From: Picochlorum sp. SENEW3
Lineage: Eukaryota
Assembly: GCA_034226945.1 (NCBI GenBank)
Contig: CP120454.1
Span: 124,001-188,000 of the forward strand
Reading direction: 5' to 3'
Length of the DNA: 64,000 nt
Under the pieces are notes generated by a model that was given only the letters and a program-made list of their open reading frames with translations, was not told the origin of the DNA and did not search any database. This document shows, piece by piece, positions 12,665 through 22,996 of the stretch (position 1 is its first letter; each line of letters begins with the position of its first letter). The translations under genes were made by a program, and so were the position numbers.

Positions 12665-15600
12665 TCATGGGTCTCTTAATACTTCCCATTTCCAGTGGAC
12701 ATTTTTCATGGATGCTTCCCCTTCCTTAATATTGATTTGCAATTCTGGAGAGGCAATCTGGAGCATTGCCTGATCAACACTGTGCAATGCACGCACACCT
12801 CCATGATTGAACACAATCTCCCTGATGCTATCAGGCAGATCAAAGGATTTTCCTGGGGGTGGGTGAGACAGGATGTCTGCGCAGGCTTGGGACTGCTGAT
12901 CTATGAGTTCCTTCAGAGCTCGTTGTAGGACTGCAGCATCGTCCTCATGTCCAATAAAGACGAGGAATTCTGAGAGCTGGCCAGTTTCATTGCAAACAGA
13001 TGGCAGTGGCAAGAGTGAGAGAATGTGCTGGGCGAGTTGAGCTTCTTCCTCTGGGCTTCCCTGTCGGATTTTAGTCTTCTTCTTTTTCTTCTTCTTGTTC
13101 ATTGTTTTTCTGCCACCAATGGTCGAAGCAAAACTGGTTCCACTCGCGGCAGTGGTAGCCAGCGAAGCATCTGTATATATACTCATGTCTGTAATCACAC
13201 TTGCTGCTTCTTGGTCCAAGTCTGGATCGTGATCTTTGGATACCAATTCTAACAAAGCTTCTTCATCTGCTGCAGCTTTCATGGCATCCATTGCCGCCCT
13301 CCTTTCTCGGAGCTCTTGCAGTCTGTTCCAATACTTTTGCACCCGATCGCAGTCTTCCTTGAATCCTTCAAGGAGTCTTCCTGCCACATCTGCTGCAACA
13401 GGTGCGAGGACGCTGTCCACCATCTCCATAGATCCTAAGGAAACAGCGACTCGAAGGGCCTCCCGCCAGTTGCCAGCGCGTGCATACAAACGAACAGCAT
13501 CTGGGACTTTCCTCAGATACTCCAACATGAGTATTGCTGCCTCTTCAAAGTTGTGCGCTTCCTCAAGATCGTTGGCCAGTCGGCTGGCAAGATCAATGAT
13601 ATAGTTTTCATCCTTTCCGAGTCTGGTTGCCAATGTTATTGCAGGCTTCCAAGCTCCTGCAAGTCTATATGCCCTGAGAGCATGCTCTAGCTCTTCCCCA
13701 GCAATGTATGCAAGACCAGCATCCTCATATTTACTTTTCGACGAGAGATAATCTCCCAAAGTCCTATGAATTATTTTCCTTTGATCTTTTTTATCAACCA
13801 ATGCAAGCATATTTCGCAACAAGCCATGGGAGGTGGCCAACGTCAGAGCATCATTGAAAAATTCTGCCCCTGCCTGAATCAAGTGTTCGAGGGCTCTATC
13901 ATACCGCTGCAAATGCTTATCAATCTCTGCCTTCTTGATACTGCCATTTTCGATCACTGCAAATTGCTGTAGCTGAGCCAAATATTCGCCGGGATCTCTT
14001 TGACTGTGGGTTATAACCATGTATGCAATCTCCAATTCATACTCTGCCAAGGCTGCCAGGTACACATCGTTTTCTGGAATATGCAATAGCATGTGTTTCA
14101 GGCCAGACTCTGCGGTAATTTTGGGCGCACATTCAATTCCTTGATTATTAATTATGTTCAAATCACTCTCCTTGACGTCCTTAATCCTCAGCAGAGCTCT
14201 CCCGATATTATTGCATTTTGTGTATGTGGTTAGTTCAGTGCAGAGCCAGTGCCTTCTATCCATATCACTATCCAACGATACTATATACTTTTGCACAGCC
14301 TTGCAGACTGAATCTATCTTGTTTTCTATCTTTTCATCGCTGCTGCTGCTTCTCAAGACACTCGAATAGAGCCCGCCCTTTCCAAGAACACTTGTATCGC
14401 TCAGCGCCTGTAGGAACCCAGCAACATCAACATCCGACTGAATGCTCTCCATGAACGAACTCATGGTATCAAGAATCTGGGGCCATTTGTAATCTGACAG
14501 GATATTCAGATCCAATCTGTTCACCGTGGCCAGTGTCCATGCTTTTTTGAACTGCTGCTCTTCCAAGGCAGCGACAAGTGCTGGCAGCACGAGAGCCCTG
14601 GGCTTGATAATCTCCAAGTTTCCTCGCGGAGCCTGAAGGATGACATCTACTGATTTATGCGGACATGTGACAATAACAGCCCCGTCTTCTATTGCTCTGA
14701 CACTGACATCTCCAGGCACGACTGGTGGAACTCTATCGAGATCTTCAACCTCACTCAGAGGCAAGGTTCTGATGAAATTAGAACGCAATGTATACAACAG
14801 ATGGGGCCCTCCTTTGCTGCTGTAATGAATTCCAAATGACGCAACATCTGATGCAATAACTCGATCACCCAAGCACAATTTCCCAGTCCCATTCAGTCCC
14901 ATCAGAACACCTGATGAAGAAGGCAGTGATGCGATGCAGTCACAACACGATGGAAAGTTTTTTGCAGCAGGTATCACCTGACCTTCAGAGGAATAATAAT
15001 ACAACGATCCATCTTGAAACTCAAACACCACTCTATTTGCATCTCCCGTATCTCTAATGAGCCGAACGACCCGCCCTTCTAATTCAGTTGCATTCTCAAA
15101 TGCTACCGCTGATGTTTCAAGGTCAATTCCATACTGCAAAATTGAATCAACCCCGCTCGAGGACTGTCCAACCACAACACATTTTCTAGATCCCATCCAA
15201 ACAAAATGGCGATAATGCTTTATATCCGAGTGTTCCATGACAAGCGAATCAGTCAACATGGGATGCACAAGAGGATTGCCCAAAACCTCATCACTCTCTG
15301 GACTCAACTCTGGGATTTCCAAACATCCCGCCCAATCACATCCATCCTCGCAAATTGCATATGCAATCGATCCATCATCCAACAGAGCTCCAACGAGTTC
15401 ATTCCCTCCCTCAGCGACAGTAAAGTCGAGTGAAATAATTGGTTTACCGCACCCAACTTCAACAGCACACATGGGAGGCGGAATCATACATTCACTCATA
15501 GGAGTCACAAGAATAGATCTACCATCTACAACACCAACAGTACCATACTCACTTGTATGATATCCCCACACAAATCCAATCTTTGTCAGCTGACCATCAG

Positions 15601-16846
15601 AGGTCAACATACACAACCGAGCACCTCCACCAAGCGCATCTTGCCACATCACTCTAACCTTGTCTACTCCAACAAACCTCCTTGTAAACTTATTATACCA
15701 CTTCCAATTCGAACGACACCATATTTGTACAGATATTGCTCCAGAATCATGCTTCAAGACAATAGCCAGCGTTTTCGAATCAGAGGACCATTCCATGAAC
15801 TCAACATGACAGTCCCCAGGAATCACAAACTCACCATGCTGAAGACCATTCCGTTCATACAAAAATACACGTGACGGCCCGGTCGCTTCCCCTCTCAACT
15901 TCTCAGCCTCCTCACGCCGCTTCAGTTCCCTCTTCCACGCACCAACATGCCTCACTTCAGGCGCCTGACCCTGATCCCCTTGTGCATGAGTCATCTGCCT
16001 CAGCATTCCAACCTCATCAACCTGACGATCACTCAAATAATTCGCCACACACAATACTCTACCATTAGGTTGCCACGCCACAACTGGCAATGTTCCAGGA
16101 GACTGTTCTCCAATAGCATGCAGGACTTGATCATCAACATTCCACACACGAATTCTCCCTGGAGAATCACATCCCCCAACCCGCACAACAGTACTAAAAT
16201 ACCGACAATCACCCCTCCAAGATATAGATACATCATTCATACGAAGAGGAGTCTCTCGAAACACAGCCTGCGGGTCTTCTGACTCGTCCAAACCCAACGC
16301 ATCCTTTTCAGGAGCCGCTGTTGGCTGAGGATCACTACATGCAGTACTCCACACGCTCATCTCCATCAACACATCCCACGCTGCCGTCAACAACAAACAC
16401 TGCCCATATCCCCCAACAATCACAACCATCTCTCCATCCGGACTCCATTCCATACCAGCAATGCCACCCTCAATCATCCCCACCTCCTCAGCCACCATGG
16501 CCCCAACACCAGACACATCAATACTCATAATATGCCCAGTAGACAGACCCACACAGAGCGCAGCATGAGACAGAGACATGCACAGTATAGCATCAGATAC
16601 CGTCGCATCCCCATCACCCAACTCATCCATCACATCAATCTCCCAACTCACACTGCCCTCTTCCACACAAGACACAACAACACTCTGCTCCCTCACAGAC
16701 TCCACAGACTCTTCTGTATGACAGACAAAAACACGATCATCCCCACACATGGATAGTATACGTCTAGAAACAGTGTCATGTTCCAATGTCCCATCGACAT
16801 GCACTGCATGCGATGTCTCCTCTGACACCACAATGACATTCTTCAT
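12665..16846 (-). CDS. ELP1: Elongator complex protein 1 (IKI3)
   Basis: 1393 aa. Motifs WSPDGE, ISWRGD..YF, ERNGLQHGEF, SNWKWY, LQAPRGNLEII.PR, SQRDPGEYL and basic KKKKKK...GSPEEE. Confidence 0.95.
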   Translation of the reverse strand: MKNVIVVSEETSHAVHVDGTLEHDTVSRRILSMCGDDRVFVCHTEESVESVREQSVVVSCVEEGSVSWEIDVMDELGDGDATVSDAILCMSLSHAALCVGLSTGHIMSIDVSGVGAMVAEEVGMIEGGIAGMEWSPDGEMVVIVGGYGQCLLLTAAWDVLMEMSVWSTACSDPQPTAAPEKDALGLDESEDPQAVFRETPLRMNDVSISWRGDCRYFSTVVRVGGCDSPGRIRVWNVDDQVLHAIGEQSPGTLPVVAWQPNGRVLCVANYLSDRQVDEVGMLRQMTHAQGDQGQAPEVRHVGAWKRELKRREEAEKLRGEATGPSRVFLYERNGLQHGEFVIPGDCHVEFMEWSSDSKTLAIVLKHDSGAISVQIWCRSNWKWYNKFTRRFVGVDKVRVMWQDALGGGARLCMLTSDGQLTKIGFVWGYHTSEYGTVGVVDGRSILVTPMSECMIPPPMCAVEVGCGKPIISLDFTVAEGGNELVGALLDDGSIAYAICEDGCDWAGCLEIPELSPESDEVLGNPLVHPMLTDSLVMEHSDIKHYRHFVWMGSRKCVVVGQSSSGVDSILQYGIDLETSAVAFENATELEGRVVRLIRDTGDANRVVFEFQDGSLYYYSSEGQVIPAAKNFPSCCDCIASLPSSSGVLMGLNGTGKLCLGDRVIASDVASFGIHYSSKGGPHLLYTLRSNFIRTLPLSEVEDLDRVPPVVPGDVSVRAIEDGAVIVTCPHKSVDVILQAPRGNLEIIKPRALVLPALVAALEEQQFKKAWTLATVNRLDLNILSDYKWPQILDTMSSFMESIQSDVDVAGFLQALSDTSVLGKGGLYSSVLRSSSSDEKIENKIDSVCKAVQKYIVSLDSDMDRRHWLCTELTTYTKCNNIGRALLRIKDVKESDLNIINNQGIECAPKITAESGLKHMLLHIPENDVYLAALAEYELEIAYMVITHSQRDPGEYLAQLQQFAVIENGSIKKAEIDKHLQRYDRALEHLIQAGAEFFNDALTLATSHGLLRNMLALVDKKDQRKIIHRTLGDYLSSKSKYEDAGLAYIAGEELEHALRAYRLAGAWKPAITLATRLGKDENYIIDLASRLANDLEEAHNFEEAAILMLEYLRKVPDAVRLYARAGNWREALRVAVSLGSMEMVDSVLAPVAADVAGRLLEGFKEDCDRVQKYWNRLQELRERRAAMDAMKAAADEEALLELVSKDHDPDLDQEAASVITDMSIYTDASLATTAASGTSFASTIGGRKTMNKKKKKKKTKIRQGSPEEEAQLAQHILSLLPLPSVCNETGQLSEFLVFIGHEDDAAVLQRALKELIDQQSQACADILSHPPPGKSFDLPDSIREIVFNHGGVRALHSVDQAMLQIASPELQINIKEGEASMKNVHWKWEVLRDP

Positions 16847-17227
16847 GATCTAATACTAATCCCAGGATGGATTTAAACTCATCGTATTGTTTATATTGAG
16901 AAAGAAGGATATATGGCGCTGTAGTTAGATGCATAGGTATGGCATCTTCCTGCTTTCTTAATGTTTCAAGTAAGGAGTTTATAGGGTAAATACAACGTAG
17001 TAGGGTATTGACGAGAGGCATGTGACCACAGGTCACGTCACCCTAAAAGATGCCATTGCATGCATGCTACATGTCAACTCGCATGCACACGCAGCCCTCC
17101 AAAGCAATACTGATATTGATTTATTCTGATTTGGATCTGTGTGGCATAGTCTCATACACACACTCTGCTGCTGTCTTGGCTTTCTTGAAGAAAGAGGAAA
17201 CCGTAACATTCTTGGACTCTGTTTGCG

Positions 17228-18379
17228 ATGAGAAAATCAGCACTTACTTCTATTGTGGCTCAGGCGTCTCGTTTGGGGTGCTTCGGGGGCATCGGTGGTG
17301 CCTTGCCTGCGGTCGGTGGATCATCTCAGCAGATGATTTCACGAGTGGATGGAGCCTTGTCTGGACCTACTAGTCTGTTTTCATCCAATGATTACTCTTC
17401 ATATTCTTTGGGAATGATGTTCAATCAATCCTATGGGGGTGTCGGCGGAAAAGGTTCTACGACCCTGACTCGCGGTGTGAAAGAGGGTCACGTCGCGCGA
17501 CGTGCCATTTCGACGCAGGGGGGAGCTCAGGATGCGGGGCTACCAAAGGAGGAGTCTTCAGAGAGGTCGACGTCTCAGGAGCGGGTGATGCCTCATCCTG
17601 GGATGCATGTGGAGACTGGGGCAGAGGGAGAGGAGAAGAACTTTACGACCCAGGATGGGTCATACTGGCTGATGCAGCCAGTGTATGACAAGGAGTATTT
17701 GTTGAGCATTACACCAAAGCATCGCAAGCCTCAATCGTTCCATGATTATACGGGATATTATGGAGTGTCTTTGTTGAGGAAGACGTTTGATTTGATCACA
17801 GGATATGGTCCAAACATGACACATTCAAAATGGATGACGAGATTCTTATTCTTGGAGACGGTTGCTGGCGTACCGGGAATGGTGGGAGCTATGCTGAGGC
17901 ATTTGAGATCTCTGAGAACGATGAAGAGGGATAATGGATGGATTCATACGCTTCTGGAGGAGGCTGAGAATGAGAGGATGCATTTGTTGACATTCATGCA
18001 GATGAAGAATCCGGGATTGTTTTTCCGTGGGTCTGTTATTTTCACCCAGGGGGTGTTCCTGTCTCTGTATTCGCTCTTTTATGCTGTGAGTCCTCGCCAT
18101 TGCCACGCATTTGTGTCGTACTTGGAGGAAGAAGCTGTGAAGACGTATACGCATGCTATTGATGACTTTGATTCTGGAAAGATTCCAGAGTGGAAGAATA
18201 TGAAGGCTCCATTCATCGCTCAAAAGTATTGGAGATTGGATGAAGATGCAAGCATGAAGGATTTGTTGCTTGCTATTCGCGCGGATGAAGCATGCCACAA
18301 CCATGTGAATGCTGTGTTTGCAGAGATGCATGCAAACGACCCTAATCCATTCGCTCCTGGCACAACAATCATTCAGTGA
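17228..18379 (+). CDS. AOX: Mitochondrial alternative oxidase
   Basis: Di-iron motifs LETVAGVPGMV, EAENERMHLLTF, YLEEEAVKTY and IRADEACH; N-terminal transit-like peptide. Confidence 0.97.
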   Translation: MRKSALTSIVAQASRLGCFGGIGGALPAVGGSSQQMISRVDGALSGPTSLFSSNDYSSYSLGMMFNQSYGGVGGKGSTTLTRGVKEGHVARRAISTQGGAQDAGLPKEESSERSTSQERVMPHPGMHVETGAEGEEKNFTTQDGSYWLMQPVYDKEYLLSITPKHRKPQSFHDYTGYYGVSLLRKTFDLITGYGPNMTHSKWMTRFLFLETVAGVPGMVGAMLRHLRSLRTMKRDNGWIHTLLEEAENERMHLLTFMQMKNPGLFFRGSVIFTQGVFLSLYSLFYAVSPRHCHAFVSYLEEEAVKTYTHAIDDFDSGKIPEWKNMKAPFIAQKYWRLDEDASMKDLLLAIRADEACHNHVNAVFAEMHANDPNPFAPGTTIIQ

Positions 18380-18437
18380 TTCTTTATTTTGCATTTTGTG
18401 TTTTTATGAAAAGGGTTTGATGTAATTTTAATCGTTT

Positions 18438-20671
18438 TCAGGATGCAGTCTCCATGGTCTTGATGCCTGCCTGTTGCATGGTGGAATCAAGGACTGGAGC
18501 AAATGTTTCCATGTCGACAAATGTGTTTTGATAAATCCAGTGGTTACCAGGGCGGACTCCCTCTGGCATACCCCATTTCTTCTCGGGATGGATGGAATAT
18601 TTCATTTCAATCCCTTTCATTTTGAGACTTTTAAAGTCATGTCTCCTCATGTATGCATAGTCCGGTCTCTGGTTGACCCATTCTGAATAGATGCAGTCAC
18701 TGGCCAGCAAGAGCGATTTGTATGATGATCCTCGTATGGCTGATCCATCTGGACTGATCCATCCATAAGGAATTAACTGCAGAGCTGCAGCACCACGCTT
18801 AATAAATAATCCGTTCGTCCAGCCAGCACCATGCATTCCAATGACAACATCAGAGTGTGACATAAGATCAATCACCTCTGGAAGGGGCTCTTGCAGTGTT
18901 GTCACTTTTAGTGTGACATTATATCGCATGAGAATATAGCTCAATATATCATGCGTGTTTAGGACGCTTCTTTTATAATTGTCTCGCCATAAATATGTCA
19001 CAACAGGCCTAGGGCGCTCCAGTCGAGCTGGTAAGCCACCATCATCTGGTGTTCTAGTCATCTCATTCTGCTTCTTTATTCCCCGCGAGGCCAGATTTTT
19101 GGTAAGTTTCGACGAGGAACGCCACAGCTTTTCCAAGTCCTTGATCTCTTTGGGGGACATGTACGATCTGCTCGCCCACGCAGTATTCGGAAGCACAGTA
19201 TCCAGGGCATCAATATCCTCAGGTCCAATGCCCATTCGCAGCCTATCCCATTCTGGCGCATCGTACTGAGGCCAAGGTTCTTTCCAATAGGGGATTTTAT
19301 CAACATTCCGCTTCATAATTATTGCGTGCTTTTGCGATGGGTGCATCAACTGTTTGAACGCTTCAGTTGCATTTGATCTCCAGGTCTGCATGCAATGACA
19401 GAATGGTATTGACACTCAATTTGAAACACAACATGCAACATGCAAAACATGTCATACCGTGGCATACTGAATCTTTTCATTCTCTGGATCTATATAGAGA
19501 GGCATGTAATAACTTAGCGTATTGCTTTTGCCTATGTAAATCTCTCTGAAGCAAGAGTCGACAAGGCTCTCCCAGGACCAAACATTCTCTGAAATTGCGA
19601 AAAACATGTGTGCCCATTGCTTCGTGATCCCCATATCCTTGGCCAACCATAGCAACGGACCATCCTTTTTGAAGTAACTATATACACCTGGACTGCAGTC
19701 TCTATCCTCGTCGGGAATACATCGACCTTCAGGAATGACACCTGACTTGACCCGACATGTTGACATGCGCTTTTGTTTGAGAGTGCCCTGGTCAATCTCC
19801 CAGGAGCAACCTGCATCTAAATCATCTACATATTCTCTCTGGTATCCTTCAGAATCTATTTCTACAAGAGGAAGAAGGCCCTGTTCACGCAGCGATTGAA
19901 ACGCTGCCATGATACCTTCATTCCAGGCATGCCATATGTTTGAGCTATGCTGCATTTGAATTAAATATGTGGGCCTGTCAACCCACCTCTTACACGTCGG
20001 CTGCTTCTTTTTCGCTGGATTATAATGCCATGGCATGTAGGAATATTTACTGTTCTGAGCATGCCGCATGACAGTCATGGTAGGGAGCTTTAAATTGGTG
20101 CCATTGTTGAATATTGTGTCGACCCAGTTGGCTTCTGGCTTTTGAAATCCATCATCATAATAGAAATACAGTCCACCTTTTCCTATCTGTACATTCTCTA
20201 GCTTATAATATTGCTTCAGCATATTCCCGGTACTCGTCGTTGTTCCTAGGACAGTCCCCTTTGAGACGATTGTAGCAGGCTTGCCAGAGTTTGAAAATGT
20301 GTCAAATGATAGGGGCCCAAGCTGCTCCAACCTTCCACCAGATATCTTGACAAATTGAGCATTTTTCTCTGCAATCACCATGAATCTCAGAACAAATATA
20401 TGAACTGTTGATGACATATTCGTACCTAGCTTTCGTCGATATCGCTTGATCGAAACTTTTAGAAGAGAGAATTGCGTCCACAGCACAAAAGACAACAGGG
20501 CGACAAACACGGCTGCAACCTCAACCTTTCGGTTGAGCGTACGACGAGCCTGCACACAATTGAGAGAATCCCTCACTATCGTTGAAAATACATTCTAAAA
20601 TATATAAAGAAGGGGTCTTTCCCCCGTGAGTGTTCTCATCATACACATACCGGTCGCCGTTGCGCTTTCAT
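18438..20671 (-). CDS. Glycosyltransferase family 61 (DUF563) type II membrane protein; multi-exon
   Basis: GMHGAGWTNGLF motif, N-terminal TM helix (VAAVFVALLSFVLW), NIWHAWNE. A short first exon MKAQRRP starts at ATG 20671; GT-AG introns link the ORFs. Confidence 0.75.
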
Positions 20672-21193
20672 TCTGCGCTTGACGCTGACACCGTTTCTCC
20701 CTGTTGGATCCAGTGTAATGAATTTCAACAGTCACTTCAGATTATATAAATATCTAATCTTTCAGAAGAAGCCATTCGAGAGTGTCATTTGGTGCCTGCG
20801 CCGTGGTAGACCTGAACTGCTTCTTCAGCCAACTCGAGCCTCTGGCCAATCCGAGTCACAATGCACTTGTCAGCATCTACACTGATTATTGAATGGAATT
20901 TAAAACAGGTAATAAGATCTATTTAGTACAAGGAGAGAGTCAGAGTGCTAAATGGATGAATGCTGACAGACTGTTAGTGACAGTAGTCTCAGACCACTGG
21001 TCTGTGGGGGAGTTGGAACAGGTGAGAGATCCATGTATCTGTTTCAGTCAAACGAAACCAGGTGTTTGCTTGCTTGTGTGTATGCAGTCACATTATCATA
21101 ATCAATGGGTTATATCTATATGACGTGGATGAGGGATATTTCCAGAGTCGGTTGCTCATTATAATTGTGGAGAAATACATGCATGCATAGAAA

Positions 21194-22668
21194 TTATGCC
21201 CATGACCTATGCGTCAGGAAAAAGGATGTGTTGGAATAGTCTTCAGTCAAAGGGACATATCCGCTTTTTGTTGTCACTCGAGCTGCGTTGGGTACATTGG
21301 ATGAGAAAAAGTCTGATGCTTTTAAGATTTTAATTTTGGATTCGTGCTCCATAGATACACCTGCTGACATTGAGCTCCTCTGATACATTGTCTGTAGCAA
21401 TCTAAAATTTGTGGGAAAGAAAATGTCAGCAGACCCAAAAGGGGCAAAGAGTGTTGCCCTGTCTCGTGCTTTCCCGTCAATCTGCAGGCATATTATTGGA
21501 CTATATGTATTACGATTCTTTCTTTCTCTCGTTATAACCCTGGTGTTTGTATATCATCATTATTGTTTCCCATTGATACAAAAGTATAGATAGCAACCTA
21601 CCGTAGTGGATACAATGGGAGCATTTTCTCCCTCGACGACGACATCAGGTAGATAATCAAAGTCTGAGAATATACATTCGTGGTGCGGTACTGCGCTGTT
21701 CAAGGTGTCAAAGAGCATGGCAGCAGATGTGGGCAGAAACACAGGCTCTGGTGTCCGATTCATATCAAGCAGCCACTTCAACACGCGATCGACACTCAGA
21801 GAGGTACTCTCTGACTCCTTCAACTCTGACCAAGACTTCAATACATCCGTGATCACCGCATCAGAGAGTGGTCTCACATGCTCCTCTGGCTCTTGTTCCA
21901 AGTTTTCTGGATCATACTCCACACATGATTCCATCCACACAGACTCCCCCTGGTCATTCTCCAGCTTCACAATTTTATCATGCGGTAAGTTATCAAGAAC
22001 CTCCATACCAACAATAAAACATCCGGCAGTACCATCTCGCGCCACCCGATGCCATGTGTCGCGCTCACAGGCATCTCCCACATGAGCTCGAAACACATCA
22101 TCCCCATGACCTGCTCCATGGACCTTGTCCCTCTGTCTGTCTGTTAAATTCAAACTAATATCAATCGTTTCATATCGACATGATGAATACACATCATTTC
22201 TGTGAGCACGTAACCAATCCAAGGCATCCTTTGCCAGCGTCCCAGTCCCTCCTCCAATCTCATAAATGGTCAATGGCCCACCCCATCCTTGCCTCTTCTT
22301 CTCATCTATACGATGTGATATATACGATGCTATTGAGTGTCCAATATGGGGGCTGAATATCTCTGCAGGCGTAAGCCAATGAGTCCCCAGCGTGTCATAT
22401 TGCTGGGCAACAGCGTCATAATACTCATCCTTGCCTTCAAGTGCATCAAACTCTATCGGCTCCTCAAGAGAACCAATAGGAGCGTTGTTCTGACAAAAAT
22501 ATCCATGTGAGGGATCATATAAAGACGCGCGTATGAAGTCTCGCAGCAACTGCACGTCATCAGGGAACCAATACTATCTATTTTCAAAGTGTCACTATGG
22601 TTCAAACAAAATACTAGTCGTACCACCACCCTAGGCGCCTGCGTGGATATCAATCGTCTCGATGACAT
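21194..22668 (-). CDS. NDUFAF7/MidA-family SAM-dependent methyltransferase; 3 exons
   Basis: LRDFIRASLYDPSHGYF, WLTPAEIFSP, YEIGGGTGTLA, EVLDNLPHD; last exon carries GSADIFFPTNF; exons join in frame. Confidence 0.85.
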
Positions 22669-22996
22669 TCATCCAGATACTATCATCAATTCTGCAATAA
22701 TAATAGTCTCTGTATATCTGAATGCGATACAGTATGGGTTTGCCTGATTCTCGAAAAGTCCGTAAAAAGTACATTTAATGAATTTGCAGGCGTCCCTTGG
22801 CATTCTCATAGGCTTGAGCGGTCTCACATGCAAAAGCATACGAATAGTGTTTTTGAAGTATACCTATTTTGATAGACGAGAGCGAATTAAAAGGTGATTG
22901 TTCAGTTTGCTCGACCGTCTCTGAGTGTGTCTTTCTCCCAAAAAAGCCAGACCAGACTCCTTCGTATTATAGAGATTGCATCCGCATAATAGAACG

